A stretch of DNA of 63,649 nt, the filler included, from Thraustochytrium aureum (lineage: Eukaryota): assembly GCA_012862495.1 (NCBI GenBank). It is 4 parts of 4 records of this genome, joined end to end, with 100 filler letters (N's around TTAATTAATTAA, not from the genome) between each part and the next. Parts side by side here need not be neighbours in the genome. Positions count along the whole stretch, not along the records: positions 1 to 26,973 come from BLSG01000353.1; positions 27,074 to 51,556 come from BLSG01000354.1; 2 more parts are not named here. The stretch is one strand, 5' to 3'. Every line of letters begins with the position of its first letter. The stretch's first letter is position 1. A program made the translations under genes and the position numbers. Below the pieces are notes generated by a model. That model had not been told where the DNA came from, ran no database searches, and saw only the letters and a program-made list of their open reading frames with translations. Below, in pieces: positions 20,433 through 33,209 of the stretch.

Positions 20433-23400
20433 TCAAACATCGCTCACTGGTGTCGCTCGTGTCGCGACAGGCGCATCACTGAGCTCGATCGACACGGTGG
20501 GGCGGGGCTGTGGTCTGGCGCCTCGCGCGAGGAACAGGCGCCCGTCGGATTGGCGATGATGAGGATCGCCGTTGTTTCTCTTGCACTGTACGATTGTTAC
20601 AATGGTTGAGATAACGAAAACGGTCGCAACGACACCAATGGACCACTCCAGCCTCTCCTCTCGAGTTTTCGCAGCTGAGCGTTGTCGGTTGACCGATTGA
20701 ACTTGTCCAGTGCGGCTGCGCACTCTGAGGAAGAAACCCTCGACTTGACAGCGCGAAACGTTGGCAGTTTTCGCGTTTGGCGCGAATCGCCACGAAGCCC
20801 GCCCACCAAGCTCGCCACAGGCCATCGGCCGAGTCTCCGTTCCGTTCTACTCTCCTTGTCGTCGAGGCCGTGGAAAAACCGTGCTCCGTCGCGCCCCGCG
20901 TCTGCGTCAAGATTCCATCGCCCAGAGCGCGAGGGAGAGTGAAGGGTTCTCAGCCGCTTGAGCTCATCGCCGTCAACAAAGCGTGTGCAGGCCTCAGGTG
21001 GAGAAACAGGAGGGGGCGGTATAGACGAAGTTGCCAGGACCACCCCCAAAACAGCGAGCACTAGCAGGCAGAGCAAAGAGAGGAAAAAGCAGGGAGCTCG
21101 CCTCCAAGTTGAACGGATCAGGTCAGCGAAGTACTTTTCGGGAGAGCGCTCTGCAACCACCTCGGCCGTGACCGGCTCTTGCCCTGAGCCGCTGGGTCTG
21201 TCGTCGCCACTCTCGTCATTGTGCCCCGAGAACGCCGCCATAGGCTGCGCCAGGGCGACGTGCGGTGTTGCGGCCGCCCCTTCCTCTTGTGTGTCCTGCG
21301 ACACGGCTGCGCCCTGGCTCGAGTGCGTGCTCGACTCGCCGGGGGACACCACACCTTTCGGCGCCCGTGGCTCGCCGACCACTGGCGCAGACGCGGGCGG
21401 CTGGTCCCGCAGGCGCATCTCTTGCTCTCGCGCGACGTGCTTGGCCTGCAGAATGGCCTCCGCGGCCCGGGCGTCATTGGCCATGGCAGCCCCAGTTCCG
21501 TGGAGGTCGTCGGAGGTGGGGTCCTCGAGGTCGCGCGTTGGCGAGCTGGCGGCCTTGGGCCTTGCTGTGGCAACCTCCCCCTGCGTGGGCGGGATCTGCC
21601 TTGGCGCAAGCTCAGCTGCATTAAAGAGGCCTTGCGTCGATTGCTTGGGCCGCGCTTGTGCGAAAGTGCAGTCCTGAACCACGTCGTTAAACACAAAGTC
21701 CTGTTGCATAGGAATGGTGAGCGAGTGCGCCGACTCGCTCTTGCTGAGACCGGCGTCACCAGCGATGAGCGCAATGTCCTCTGAGTTGATTGAAGCCAGC
21801 GAGCGGTGCGAGTCGTTCCCAGGAATGGCTTGCCGCACGTCGCGGCCGCTGCCGCCACTGCAGCCAAACAAAATGGCAATACCATCGAGCAAATCACTGT
21901 CGCCCGCTTCTACCCGCACCAGACCAGGCCTGGGCCTTGGAGCTGGCATGATGGTGGGGCCGGAGGCGCCGAATTCGTGTTTTGTGGCGGCGCATCGATT
22001 CGGGTCTTGGAGTCCAAAGTCCATGAAACCGTCAAAGGGACTGAAATCCCCCTCGGCGGCGTTCCCATCATCGGCCGGCTCGTTGTGAGCGTGCAGCTGA
22101 TCGTGCTCGTGCTGGTGCTGGAAGCGCGGGTGCTGAACTTGCCACATGAAGTCGACTTGCTGTTGCTGTCCATATCCCGGCTCGCGGTGCTCGTCTGCAG
22201 AACCAACTGACTGCGCTGGCGAAGCGGTGTAGTCTGTTGTCGCGTACTCTGTGTATTGCGGCGAGATGTCGGTGCATGCGGGTGGTTCGGCGGATTTGGA
22301 CTCTGCGCCGCTGCATTGGCGTTGGGCAAGTCTATGAGGCGCGCCCGCATAGTGTTGCACGGCATCGACGTGTGTCCTTCGACGCTTCGCGTCCTGCCCA
22401 GGCGGACCATTGGGGCCAGAGAACTCGGCGAACGCGAAGCGGCTGGCACCGTGCTCTGCGGTTGCGCTTTGCTGGCTGGGCTGATTCGGGCCCCTTGCGA
22501 CGGGGTACGCGAAGGCCGCCATACTCGCACCGCCGTTGCTCGGTAGGTAGTCGTTTGGGTAGTCGTTTGGCAGCGGCGGTACACGTGGGTCGTAGTCCGA
22601 CCCGTTTGGGTTGCTGGGGTCGAGGAAGACAGCCTCGTAGGCCGTGGAAACAGCACCTCGCTGTTGTGGCTGTTGCTGGACACTGGTAGCAGGTGCATCG
22701 CACGGCGCTCCCTTCCGCTTGTTAATTGCAGCCCCAGCGGGTGCGGTTGGGGCCGGGGCACTCGAAGCGTTTGAGGTCTTGGAGGGCGCACTTCTGCTCG
22801 AGTATACCGTAAAGGGCGCCGAGGAGACGCGCGCAACGCAGCGCACGGTATCTGTGGCAGATTCGATGATATTGCCGTTCTTGACGATCTCCCGCGAGCC
22901 CTCCAAGATGTAGACCCTCAGGGTGTGCTCCATGGACTGCTTGTAGCGGCCGCCCTTCCAGCCGTAGTGCCAGGCCTTCTCACGGAACTCGAAGACGATC
23001 GAGGAGGTTGCCTCGTTAAATTGGGCGCATTTTTGCTCTGTACAGCGGCAGGAAGGGCGACTCGGCCGTGCGCTCGAAGGTGGCAACCTTGCTCGTGGTC
23101 AGTTCGTCTCCGAGTTGAATGTCGCCCAGTCGGTCAGTGAGGTCTTCGTCGCACACGGTCATGCCGTCTTCGTTGAGAGGGAGGAACCTGGCGACGGCGA
23201 CGAGGCGCTCGCTGGACGCCCTGGAGAGCCCCTGCATGAAGAGGTTTACCTTGACGGCCACTTCGCAGGCGTTGCTCGACTTGTGGTTCGGGCCGCAGCA
23301 GGGAAAGCAACGCAAGTGCTTTTTGCCGCCCTTCTTGTTGTTGCGTTGATACGATGAGTTGAACTCGCCGTCGAATGCGAACTCGAGCTGGCTCTCTTGC

Positions 23401-23462
23401 TTGACCAGCACGTTGGCGCTGCCGAGCCCGATCGCCGCCGGATGCGTGGCTCGCTGCGCCAT
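20433..23462 (-). CDS. Large hypothetical protein: uncharacterised N-terminal globular domain, long disordered region, C-terminal TM helix (possibly two); frameshifts at 23030-23034 and possibly ~20660
   Basis: ORFs 23016..23462 and 20597..23086 join (YRAK|CAQFNE) if the 5-T run at 23030-23034 is 4 T. TM CFFLSLLCLLVLAVLGVVLATS lies at ~21030-21092. A second hydrophobic segment, WSIGVVATVFVISTIVTIVQC, is in the adjacent frame ending at stop 20433. Confidence 0.75.
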
Positions 23463-24216
23463 CGCGCCGGTCGGCTACCGAGCCAGCAGACACCACCACC
23501 ACCACCACCACCAGCCACGTCCGCCGGCTAGCGGGCGGCGCGCAGAGGGCTGCGTGCACTCTTTTGCTGGCAGCTTCCACTGGCGCAAAATCCAAGCGAG
23601 CAACGGACCAACAACCGCCCAAACCGAGACCGAGCGACCGCCTCCGGCCGGCCGGGGCCGCAGAGGGACGACCGCCGGCGGGATTGCTGTCGAAGCAAGC
23701 GGGCCCCTGTCGAGCGGCTCCAGGCGGTCCGAGCGGGCCCGCGGTGCCTTTGCAGCTCTGCCGCCACCTCCACGCTCTCTACCTCGCGGCCTGAACCTGC
23801 TCCAGCGTCCCGTACGAGATCGCCCCGGTAGGAACTGGGCGGCATGCAAATACCGGAGCCAGCAGACGTGACACCGAGTGCCCACGTGACGTGAGGGGCC
23901 GGTGGCGCGCCGTGAGCGGGAGGGGCCGTGACGGGCGCGTGCATGTGCTGAATCGCTTGCGGCTCGGGGTTTGTGAGAGGATGTGCCGAAGACGCAGAGA
24001 GTAGTGGAGTACGTGCGGTTTCGGCGAAAGTACGGTGGCGCGGGGAAACTATCGCGCAGGTATAGTGGTGTGGGGGGAGGCGGCGCGAGGCCAACACTGG
24101 TAGGGCCAAGGGCGGAGGAGAGCAACGCCGCTTGGCAACGGCGGCGTGTGCGATCATGATGATGGCAGATGCAAGCTCTCACCAGTGTGGCACTCGCCAT
24201 TTTGTTGATAGAACTC

Positions 24217-24271
24217 CCGTCTTTTAGCGTCGCGCAGAGTAACAGCCCCACCCAAATGGAGTACTCATCAA
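24217..24271 (+). repeat. Dispersed non-coding ~55-bp element, copy A
   Basis: ccgtcttttagcgtcgcgcagagtaacagccccacccaaatggagtactcatcaa, nearly identical to 35963-36014. Confidence 0.85.
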
Positions 24272-24595
24272 GAACTTGTTGGGTCCGCCACGCCACCGCC
24301 GGACGTGCATGTCGCGACAAGGAGGATCCTCCTTGCGTACCTAGGTACCTACAGGTTAGTTGCTTGATCTCGTCTCGACATCTCGACCACCTCGAGGCTT
24401 TCGAGCTGCGTCGGCGCGCGTTGCGAGCCAGACATACCTCTACTCGTAGCTACTTGGTGCTTTCACGGGCAGCCCTAGCCACTGACGGAGATGTCGCTCG
24501 CTCGCTTGGCGCGTGACGCAACTCGAGCTCCTGGCGCGATCCGGGCGGACTGGGTACCACCGGTGGGTGCTCTCGCACCAAGGACTCGCTAGCTA

Positions 24596-25235
24596 CTAGA
24601 GTTGGGCCCCCCCCCACGGCCGCCACTCATCGGCACCAGGGCGCGCGATCTCGAAGCAAGAGGAGACCCGGCCGTACCAGTTGCCGCCGAGGCGGCACAT
24701 GGGGTGGTACCCGTCGAGGCTGACGGACGGGGCGCTGTGCGATCGGTCCAGGAGCGCCTCGCGGACGTGAAACTGGACGACCTCTCCAATGACGACCGTG
24801 GAACCGCCCATCTGGATCTTGTGGCGCACCAGGCACTCGAACGAGACGGCCGCCTCTTGCACACGTGGCGGGCTCACCTTGTTGCACGCCACCTTGGTGA
24901 GCCCAACCTTGAACTCGTCCACGTCGCTCGGGAACATGCCGCACGTGTAGTTGGCCGGCTGGACCATCCACTCGGAGATCATGTTGACCACGAACTCGCC
25001 GGTGGCCTCCAGGTTGTTGAGCGTGTCTTTGGCGGCGCCGCCGCCCTTGTCGCAAATGCCAACAGCGATGCACGGCGGCGCGTGGCCCATCGCGCCAAAG
25101 TACGAGAACGGCGACAGGTTGGCGCTCGCGCCGGGCTCGCGGCTCGACAGGGTCGAGATGAGCGCGATGGGCCGAGGCACGATCGCCGAGATCATCAGCT
25201 GGTACGAGCTGGAAAGCTCTGCTGGGTCAAGCTGC
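24596..25235 (-). CDS. Flavin reductase-like FMN-binding split-barrel protein, 5' end in gap
   Basis: YQLMISAIVPRPIALIST...NLSPFSYF, KDTLNNLEATGEFVVN, PPRVQEAAVSFEC, VIGEVVQFHV and RLGGNWY. Confidence 0.9.
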
Positions 25236-25974
25236 NNNNNNNNNNNNNNNNNNNNNNNNNNNNNNNNNNNNNNNNNNNNNNNNNNNNNNNNNNNNNNNNN
25301 NNNNNNNNNNNNNNNNNNNNNNNNNNNNNNNNNNNNNNNNNNNNNNNNNNNNNNNNNNNNNNNNNNNNNNNNNNNNNNNNNNNNNNNNNNNNNNNNNNNN
25401 NNNNNNNNNNNNNNNNNNNNNNNNNNNNNNNNNNNNNNNNNNNNNNNNNNNNNNNNNNNNNNNNNNNNNNNNNNNNNNNNNNNNNNNNNNNNNNNNNNNN
25501 NNNNNNNNNNNNNNNNNNNNNNNNNNNNNNNNNNNNNNNNNNNNNNNNNNNNNNNNNNNNNNNNNNNNNNNNNNNNNNNNNNNNNNNNNNNNNNNNNNNN
25601 NNNNNNNNNNNNNNNNNNNNNNNNNNNNNNNNNNNNNNNNNNNNNNNNNNNNNNNNNNNNNNNNNNNNNNNNNNNNNNNNNNNNNNNNNNNNNNNNNNNN
25701 NNNNNNNNNNNNNNNNNNNNNNNNNNNNNNNNNNNNNNNNNNNNNNNNNNNNNNNNNNNNNNNNNNNNNNNNNNNNNNNNNNNNNNNNNNNNNNNNNNNN
25801 NNNNNNNNNNNNNNNNNNNNNNNNNNNNNNNNNNNNNNNNNNNNNNNNNNNNNNNNNNNNNNNNNNNNNNNNNNNNNNNNNNNNNNNNNNNNNNNNNNNN
25901 NNNNNNNNNNNNNNNNNNNNNNNNNNNNNNNNNNNNNNNNNNNNNNNNNNNNNNNNNNNNNNNNNNNNNNNNNN

Positions 25975-26407
25975 GGCGTGTACCGCATCGAGGGCAACCT
26001 GGCCGTCTCGCGCGCGTTTGGCGACAAAGACCAGGGCAAGTTTATTTCGCACGAGCCGGACGTGCGGTGCTTCGAGCGCGACCTCGAGCTCGACGAGTTT
26101 ATCATTTTGGCCTCGGACGGGCTCTGGGACGTTCTCAGTAGTCAGCGCGCCGTGGACTTTGTGCGCCAGGTGTGCGGCCTGGGTCCTGGGGTTCTCCGGG
26201 GCGGCTGCCCGGCCTGAGGCGCCTGGGCGCGGTGGTTTCTTTCGCTCCATCACGTCGAACTCGCTCCTGCAGCGCGGAAGGGGGCCGGCGCCGCAAGCCC
26301 GGGACAGCGATGCATCGCGCAGGTTTGCGGCACAATACCTCGTCGAAGAGGCCATTCGATCCGGGAGTTGCGACAACGTCTCGTGCATCGTCGTCTGGCT
26401 GAAGTGA
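25975..26407 (+). CDS. PP2C/PPM Ser/Thr phosphatase, 3' part (probable intron 26170-26272)
   Basis: YRIEGNLAVSRAFGD, ISHEPDV, FIILASDGLWDV, then in another frame LVEEAIRSGSCDNVSCIVV. A phase-0 GT..CTGCAG intron joins them; a frameshift is the alternative explanation. Confidence 0.85.
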
Positions 26408-26708
26408 GGGCCCGTGGCCACGCGTGCCGCCGGCATGAGGCGATCGCGTGCGAGTTTGGCCCGCGCAGGCCGAGCCCTAGCGGGAGCTTTCTGTTGCTGC
26501 TGGCAACCCAACCATCATGTAGAGTAAAACCAACTAGGCCTGCGGATACAAAAGCAACGCGAAAGTGTTTCTCGCCGAGCCGACTCGAGGCATGCGCCGT
26601 CCGCGCCAACCGCCCTTACCTGGTGGGCAAAGTAAAGTTCGAAGGTGAGTCGAGTGCAACCCACCACTCGCCACACCTCGCCGCTCCCAGGTCGAGCGCG
26701 CGCCCCTG

Positions 26709-26733
26709 GCTGTCTGTCTGTCTGTCTGTTTGC

Positions 26734-26764
<31 letters not shown>

Positions 26765-26849
26765 CCTGTTTGCCTGCTGTCTGTTTGCCTGGCTGTCTGT
26801 TTGCCTGGCTGTCTGTTTGCCTGGCCTGCGTGCGTGCGTGCGTGCGTGC
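26709..26849 (+). repeat. Compound microsatellite (CTGT)n/(TTGCCTG)/(GCGT)n
   Basis: Read directly from the sequence. It is the source of the spurious LSVC/QTDR ORFs. Confidence 0.9.
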
Positions 26850-26973
26850 TGCCTCAGGGGCTTTTGCAACAGCTCGCGTTGCTCGTGCCAGACCTGCAAC
26901 GAGCCCGAACTGTCGATTGCGGCGGCGTGCGGGACGCTCCAGATGGACTTGCGCGGCGCAGGGCCGGGCGGCG

Positions 26974-27073
26974 NNNNNNNNNNNNNNNNNNNNNNNNNNN
27001 NNNNNNNNNNNNNNNNNTTAATTAATTAANNNNNNNNNNNNNNNNNNNNNNNNNNNNNNNNNNNNNNNNNNNN
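26974..27073. other. Artificial scaffold-joining spacer (44 N + TTAATTAATTAA + 44 N)
   Basis: Palindromic 12-mer at 27018-27029 with stops in all six frames. The same construct recurs twice more in the window. Confidence 0.95.
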
Positions 27074-29235
27074 GCCCGCAGCCTGTCTAGCGGCTCGCGC
27101 AGCGCGCTCGACTTTGCGCGGACCACGGCGTCGCGCTTCTCGAAGGCTGCAGCGGTCGTTTCTTCTGGCATCGCGCTCACGAGCGACTCAAGCCGCAACA
27201 CCAGCTCGAGGACGCCCACATTGTGCGCCTGCGCGGGGGTCCTTGCCGCGGCCAAGGTGGGCCCCGCAGACCCTGTTGTCGCCCTCGAGCCGTCTTTAGC
27301 TCCTTGGCTCGAGGCGGCCGCCGTCCTGCCCGCATCCAGACCGCGAAAGTCAAAGGCGTCGGCGTCCAAGACGACAATGCCTTCGGCCTTGGACGCAAAC
27401 AGCGATATCGCATTGCCCGCAGCGCGCCCAAGCACCGAGCTCAGGTCGACGTCGTCACGCGCGCTTACAAGCTCGGCGGACACGGTCTTTGCGAAGGTGA
27501 CAATGTCGTTCCGCGTCGGCAACGCATTTTGCTTGCTGGGGAGCGAGCTCGCGCTGTCGACCTCCGGAAACATGAGCTCCACAGTCTCCTTGAGCCGGTG
27601 GTGCGACTGGGCCAGGAAAAGCTCGAGCAGCGGCTGAAGTGTCCGGAGGATGGCTTGCACTTCCTCGTTCGAGGCGCCCACAGGTGCGATGCGAGAGCCC
27701 GCTGCACGCTGAGCGAGACGCGTCGCGCTGCGCGCCAGCCTTCCTGGAAGCGTACGAAACAGTGCGCGAAGCTTCGGGTACTCTTGCACGCCAAGCACGC
27801 TTCGAACGAACGGGTAAGAGCGTGAGGCTTTCTCAACCTCGACCTGCAGGGCTTGCGTCATGAGCCGCCAAAACCGTTCAAACACGGTCTCAACCTTGGG
27901 CTCGAGCCCGGCTCGCGACCCAGCGGGCCCGCCTCCGGCCCATCGCGCCGCCGTTGCAACGGGCTTGCCACTTTCGCCAAGCGAGGCCCCAGCCGTGCCG
28001 GGGGCCCCTTGGGCCTTGGACCTCCTTGCCTCGTACACGTGGTCCACAAAGCAGANNNNNNNNNNNNNNNNNNNNNNNNNNNNNNNNNNNNNNNNNNNNN
28101 NNNNNNNNNNNNNNNNNNNNNNNNNNNNNNNNNNNNNNNNNNNNNNNNNNNNNNNNNNNNNNNNNNNNNNNNNNNNNNNNNNNNNNNNNNNNNNNNNNNN
28201 NNNNNNNNNNNNNNNNNNNNNNNNTATCCTGTTGCTGGCTTTGCCAGAAGCGCGCGCCTTGCCCGTCGCTCCACCAGCGGCTGCCGGCTGGCCCTTGCCT
28301 TGGTCGGGGGTTGGCCCGCTCTTGCCTGCGAGGTCAACCCCGTCCGGACCTGCCGACGCCTTGGCGCTCTCGACAGCCTCGCTCAGCGCGTGCGCGTCCA
28401 GGGCGGCGCGTGCCTCTTCGGCAATGTTGGACACGACCCAGTCAACGGCGCCGTCGACGCGCTCGGCCAAGATCCCGAGGTTGAAGAAGGCCTGGAGCGC
28501 GGGCGCCACCTCTGACTGGTGGCTCACCTCTGTGATCGCTCGATTCAACACCATCTCGGTCCTGCTCCGCACCCCCTTGCCGGCTTGGGCGAGAAATTCG
28601 CGCTCGGACTCCACCACCTCGATACCGTCCAAGTCACCGCTCGCCAGGAGGCTCTCTACGTCGTGGAGAGCTTGCGCGGCTTTCGAGAGCTCCCGTGCCG
28701 CGTCAGGGACTTTGAGCGGCCCGGTGGGGCCGTCAGGCCGAAGTTGCGCCTTGAGGCGGTGCACGGCGCGCACAAAGCGGCGCGACCGGTCCAGGATCTT
28801 GCACGCATGAAGCACATTGCGTAGCCGCCCAGCCTCGTGTTTCATCTGTTTGAAGGGGTCAGACACGTCCCGCCCGAGGCGACCAAGAGACGCAGACAGC
28901 GCGTTGGCGTGCTGCTTTGCCCCGTTCACGCCGGCGCGCAGCTCGTCCGTGCCGGCCAGCCGCCCCAAGAGCTCTGCGTTGTGCTCCGCCACGTGCGCGG
29001 AGAGCGCTACATCGACCTGCGCGCGTTGCCGGCGCAGCGTCTCCAGCGCCTCCGCCGCGCCGTGGCTTTCCAGCACCTGCCTCGCGAACTGCACCGGGTC
29101 AAAGTCGGCCTCCAGATACACCTGCAGCCCGCTCGTCTCCGCTCCGCCGACCGCTCGCGCGCCGCCCTCCGCAGCCGCCTCGCCCGACGCGGCGCTGCCT
29201 AGCGACAAGGCCCCTGACGAAAGATGCCGCTCCAT
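27074..29235 (-). CDS. COG5: Conserved oligomeric Golgi complex subunit 5, 3'-truncated at scaffold end, internal gap
   Basis: YLEADFDPVQFARQVL, ASLGRL..DVSDPF, LRNVLHACKIL...RF, ELSKAAQALHDVESLL...DLDGIEVV, QSEVAPALQAFFNLG, FERFW..MTQAL and EYPKLRALF match the COG5 pattern. ATG at 29235. Confidence 0.87.
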
Positions 29236-29583
29236 CGCCGCTGCTGCCTGCCTGCCAGAATCAATCCCGCCCGCACGCCGCACGCCGGCATACGCGGAGG
29301 CCGTTCCTTTGCTGCCTCTCCTGCGCTCTCGCGCGCCGCCGCTCTCTTGCCTGCTCGATGGGGCTCTGCTCGGCGCGTGGCAGGGCGTGCGAGGCGGTCT
29401 CGATCCAGGCGCTACCAAAGCATGTCGATGCGCAGCGCTCGTCGTGGAGCTGGCTGGCTCGAGCGGGGGGGGCCTTCAAGCGCGGTCGGCGAGAGCGCGT
29501 AAGGGAATTGATCTTTCTTTCTCGGGTAGGTGGGGCGCTACGCTCGGCGACCGGGCGACCTTGCTGGGGCTCTGGCAGCGCGA

Positions 29584-32500
29584 CTAGGACCAGTCTTCGA
29601 AGTCGCCATGTCCTCCTCGAGGGCTTCGTCGCCGCCGCCGAGGTCCGCATCGAGCTCGTTCTCCAGCATGTCATCGCCGAGACCGAGCTCGTCCTCTTGC
29701 TCGGCCGCCTGCGCGGCCGCGGCCGCGGCGGNNNNNNNNNNNNNNNNNNNNNNNNNNNNNNNNNNNNNNNNNNNNNNNNNNNNNNNNNNNNNNNNNNNNN
29801 NNNNNNNNNNNNNNNNNNNNNNNNNNNNNNNNNNNNNNNNNNNNNNNNNNNNNNNNNNNNNNNNNNNNNNNNNNNNNNNNNNNNNNNNNNNNNNNNNNNN
29901 NNNNNNNNNNNNNNNNNNNNNNNNNNNNNNNNNNNNNNNNNNNNNNNNNNNNNNNNNNNNNNNNNNNNNNNNNNNNNNNNNNNNNNNNNNNNNNNNNNNN
30001 NNNNNNNNNNNNNNNNNNNNNNNNNNNNNNNNNNNNNNNNNNNNNNNNNNNNNNNNNNNNNNNNNNNNNNNNNNNNNNNNNNNNNNNNNNNNNNNNNNNN
30101 NNNNNNNNNNNNNNNNNNNNNNNNNNNNNNNNNNNNNNNNNNNNNNNNNNNNNNNNNNNNNNNNNNNNNNNNNNNNNNNNNNNNNNNNNAACGCGACGCC
30201 AGACGAAGAGAAAGACCGCAAAAAGAGGAGCCACAGATCCAGGGCCCTGCTCTTTGACGAGATCGACGAGCACAGTGTCCATCGTAGGCAGAACCTGGGG
30301 GAAGGAGACCGATGGGCAGGCCTTGCCTCCACGAGCAGAGTTGTAGAGACCCTCCACCTCAATGGCCGTCTCAAAGTCGGGAAACAGCATGGGATACTCA
30401 GCAGGGCTGGCAAGCGCCTTGGCCGCCCGCGCGTTGACGGTGGCGAGGTCGGCCTTCCAGGCCTCGACACACTCAATGGCCATGGACGGGGCATAAGTGC
30501 GCGCGAAAAAGGCCGCCTCGGCAAGTCTGTTGGCCTTGCGCAGCACGTCGACGCACTTGGCCTTGTCGCCGAGCATCAGCGCACAGATGAACGCGATGTT
30601 GGCCCGGCCCGCCGTGCTGGCCACCTCTAAGAGGCTCGCAACGCCAGCCATGTTGCCCGAGCTGGTGTACATGAGCAGCAGGCCGCTAAAGTCTGAGGCG
30701 TTCTTGGAGCACTCCTCGGCAAGGACTAGCGAACCGCGCGCGAGAGCCAGGTCGCCGAGCTGCTTCCAGCGATTTTGCGTCTCGATGTCTCCCTCCTGCG
30801 TGGCGGGGACAATCTCCTTTTGCATGATTTCGAGCGCGACGTCGAGCTTTTCGAGCTGCAGAGCGAGCTCAAACTTTTGGTCGGGGTCGTCGGCCACCTG
30901 AAGGGCCACCTCTTTGTGGCCCTGGCTTTCCAGGAACTGCGAGATGTCGTTGTACTTTTCGCGGGGGATGGTGGCAAGGAGCTGGTTGGCGAGCTCAAAG
31001 TCCTCGCGCACGACTGCGGTCTGGTACTGGAGCACCGACTCGAGCAGCGTGTAGCCGACGATGGTGCGGTTCTTGTCGATGAGAAAGACGCGGTTCTCGC
31101 GCGCAACAAATCCCATGAGGAACATCTGGCGGTCGAGGTGCGTGAGCGTCATCACCTCGCCGCCTACGTAGTAGTTGAGGCGGCTCGCCGTGTTGGTGTA
31201 CAAAAAGCAGCCGCCGACCCACTGGCCCGACTCGACGGTCTCGCCGATTTCATGCAACAACTCGAAGGAGCCCTCGATCCCGTCCTCCGGGTGCGCGGTG
31301 CCCGCGGCGAACGCTTCGTTGATGGCATCGAGGTTGCAGCGCAGCACAAAGTACGACTCCTCGCAAGCGAGCACGACATGGTCGCCGTCCGCGCTCCAGA
31401 ACACGTCGCGCGGGGCCACGTCGATGCGCATCACGAGCCGGCACTCTGCCCAGTCGTAGAAAACGACAAAGTCGCTGCCGACGAGTGCGATCAGGTTGCC
31501 GCCGAATAGGGCCTCAGCCGCGAACGGAGGTTTGAACACCTGCGTGGGCTTAAAGTTCTTGAACACGTTGATTCGCGACGTGCTCTCGCGAACGGCAAAG
31601 TCCCCGGTGCCATCCGAGCTCCACGCAAAGTCGAGCGCAGCTCCAAAGCTCTTGTTGCGCAGCGCAGTGGCGGTGTAGATGATAAACTCGCCGTCGCCGC
31701 AAACCGCGACGAAGCGCCCGTTCGAGTTGTGGGTCATCTTTTGCGGAAATACCTCGCACGTGCCGAGATCTTTCGTCTGCGTTTCGATGCGCTCGCCGTC
31801 GGCGACGCCTGAAGTCTCGATCCCGCGCAGGGCGCAAGCCAAGATATCGTTGTTGTTCGCCATCAGAACCTTGCCGGTTTGGTCGATCGAGACCACGGGC
31901 TTTTCTTGGCCGAGGCCGATCACGATCGTTCCCTCGTCGTACCCGACCGCGACCTTGTTCGACTCTGACGTCACAGCCAGGGTCCAACACCGCTCCAAGC
32001 CGTAGTTTAGAGTCGTCTCCAGCCGGTACGTCGTGCTGTGCCACATGCGCACCGTGCCGTCTTCAGAGCCGCTGAGGATGATGGGGAGCTTGGGGTGGAA
32101 GCAAACCGAACTGCGCAGCGCCGCGACCTTGTTAGCCAAGATTCAAACCCGAACGCGGCGCAAGCGGTGCAAAAAAGGGCGGTCCGATAGGCGCAAGCGG
32201 TGCAGCTGGCAAACCAAAAACCACAGTTCAACGTACGATACATTGCTCGTGTGCCCGTCGAGGGTCTGCACGCAGCTCTTGGTCTGGTAGTCCCACACCT
32301 TGAGTGTTCGGTCGTCGGCGCCGCTGACAATGTACGGCTTGTCGCCGTGGGGGTAAAAGTCGAGCGTGTTGACGCCGCGCTCGTGCCCCTCGAGGGAAAA
32401 GTTGGGCAGCGGGCTCCCGATCGACCACATTTTGACGCTCTTGTCGAGCGACGCTGAGGCGAACGTGTTGAGGTCTTTGACGTTCCACTTGACTTGCATG

Positions 32501-33209
32501 ATGTAATGCCCGTGCTGCGTCGCGCGAGACCAGCTGCAGTCAGCAAACAGCGCTCTGGTCGCACCTCGCTCTCCTCATTCGACGCGTTAGACTTACTCCC
32601 TCAAAGGTCTGCGAGCAGGACCAGTTCGCGTTCCAGTCCCAGAGCTTGATCACCATGTCGTCGCCCGAGGAGAGCACGTAGGGCTTGTTCGGATGAACGT
32701 CGATGGACCGGATGTAGTCCATGTGCGCCTCGAAGCTCGCGATCTTCTCGAGCGTGTTGTAGTTGAACACGCGCTGTGACGGGCTCAAGGCGCAGGGGCC
32801 CTCTGTTAGTGCTCCCTGCCCCCAGCTCTTCAAGCCGCACCAGCACCACGCTGCTGCCGCCGCCGCAGCATCGCGCCGCCGCAGCATCGCGCCGCCGCAC
32901 CAGCACCGCGCCGCCACAGCACAGCACAGCACCGCGCCGCTGCGCCTACAAGATGGCGAGACTTACCAGCATCATATCGTCCGAGCCGGCGATGATCCAC
33001 TGCTTGCGCGTGATAAACTTGGCGCACCGGATGGGGTTTTCCCCCACCTCGATCGTCTTGACCACAACGCCGGTCAGGTAATTGTAGATAATCAGCTGCC
33101 CAGTGTACAGCGCGCTCAGCACCCATGGCTCCGTCGGGTGGATATCGCACGCCTTGACGCGCTCCGACCTGCTGGACAGGAGCTTCTTAATCTCCAACCG
33201 CACCGGCAT
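29584..33209 (-). CDS. COPB2: Coatomer subunit beta' (beta'-COP/Sec27); exons 32967-33209, 32597-32773, 32237-32514, then from 32110 through a gap
   Basis: [29 protein letters not shown]40 repeats and [18 protein letters not shown]. Three canonical introns restore [25 protein letters not shown] and GHTSNVS|SVCFHP. The acidic tail probably ends DFEDWS* at 29584, which needs a 1-nt correction. Confidence 0.96.

Noticed and set aside
27018..27029. TTAATTAATTAA palindrome as a biological site (also at 51601 and 56964)
   Set aside because: It is always centred in exactly 44+44 N, which marks it as an assembly linker.
26534..27029. LSVC/QTDR repeat ORFs
   Set aside because: They are translations of a tetranucleotide microsatellite.
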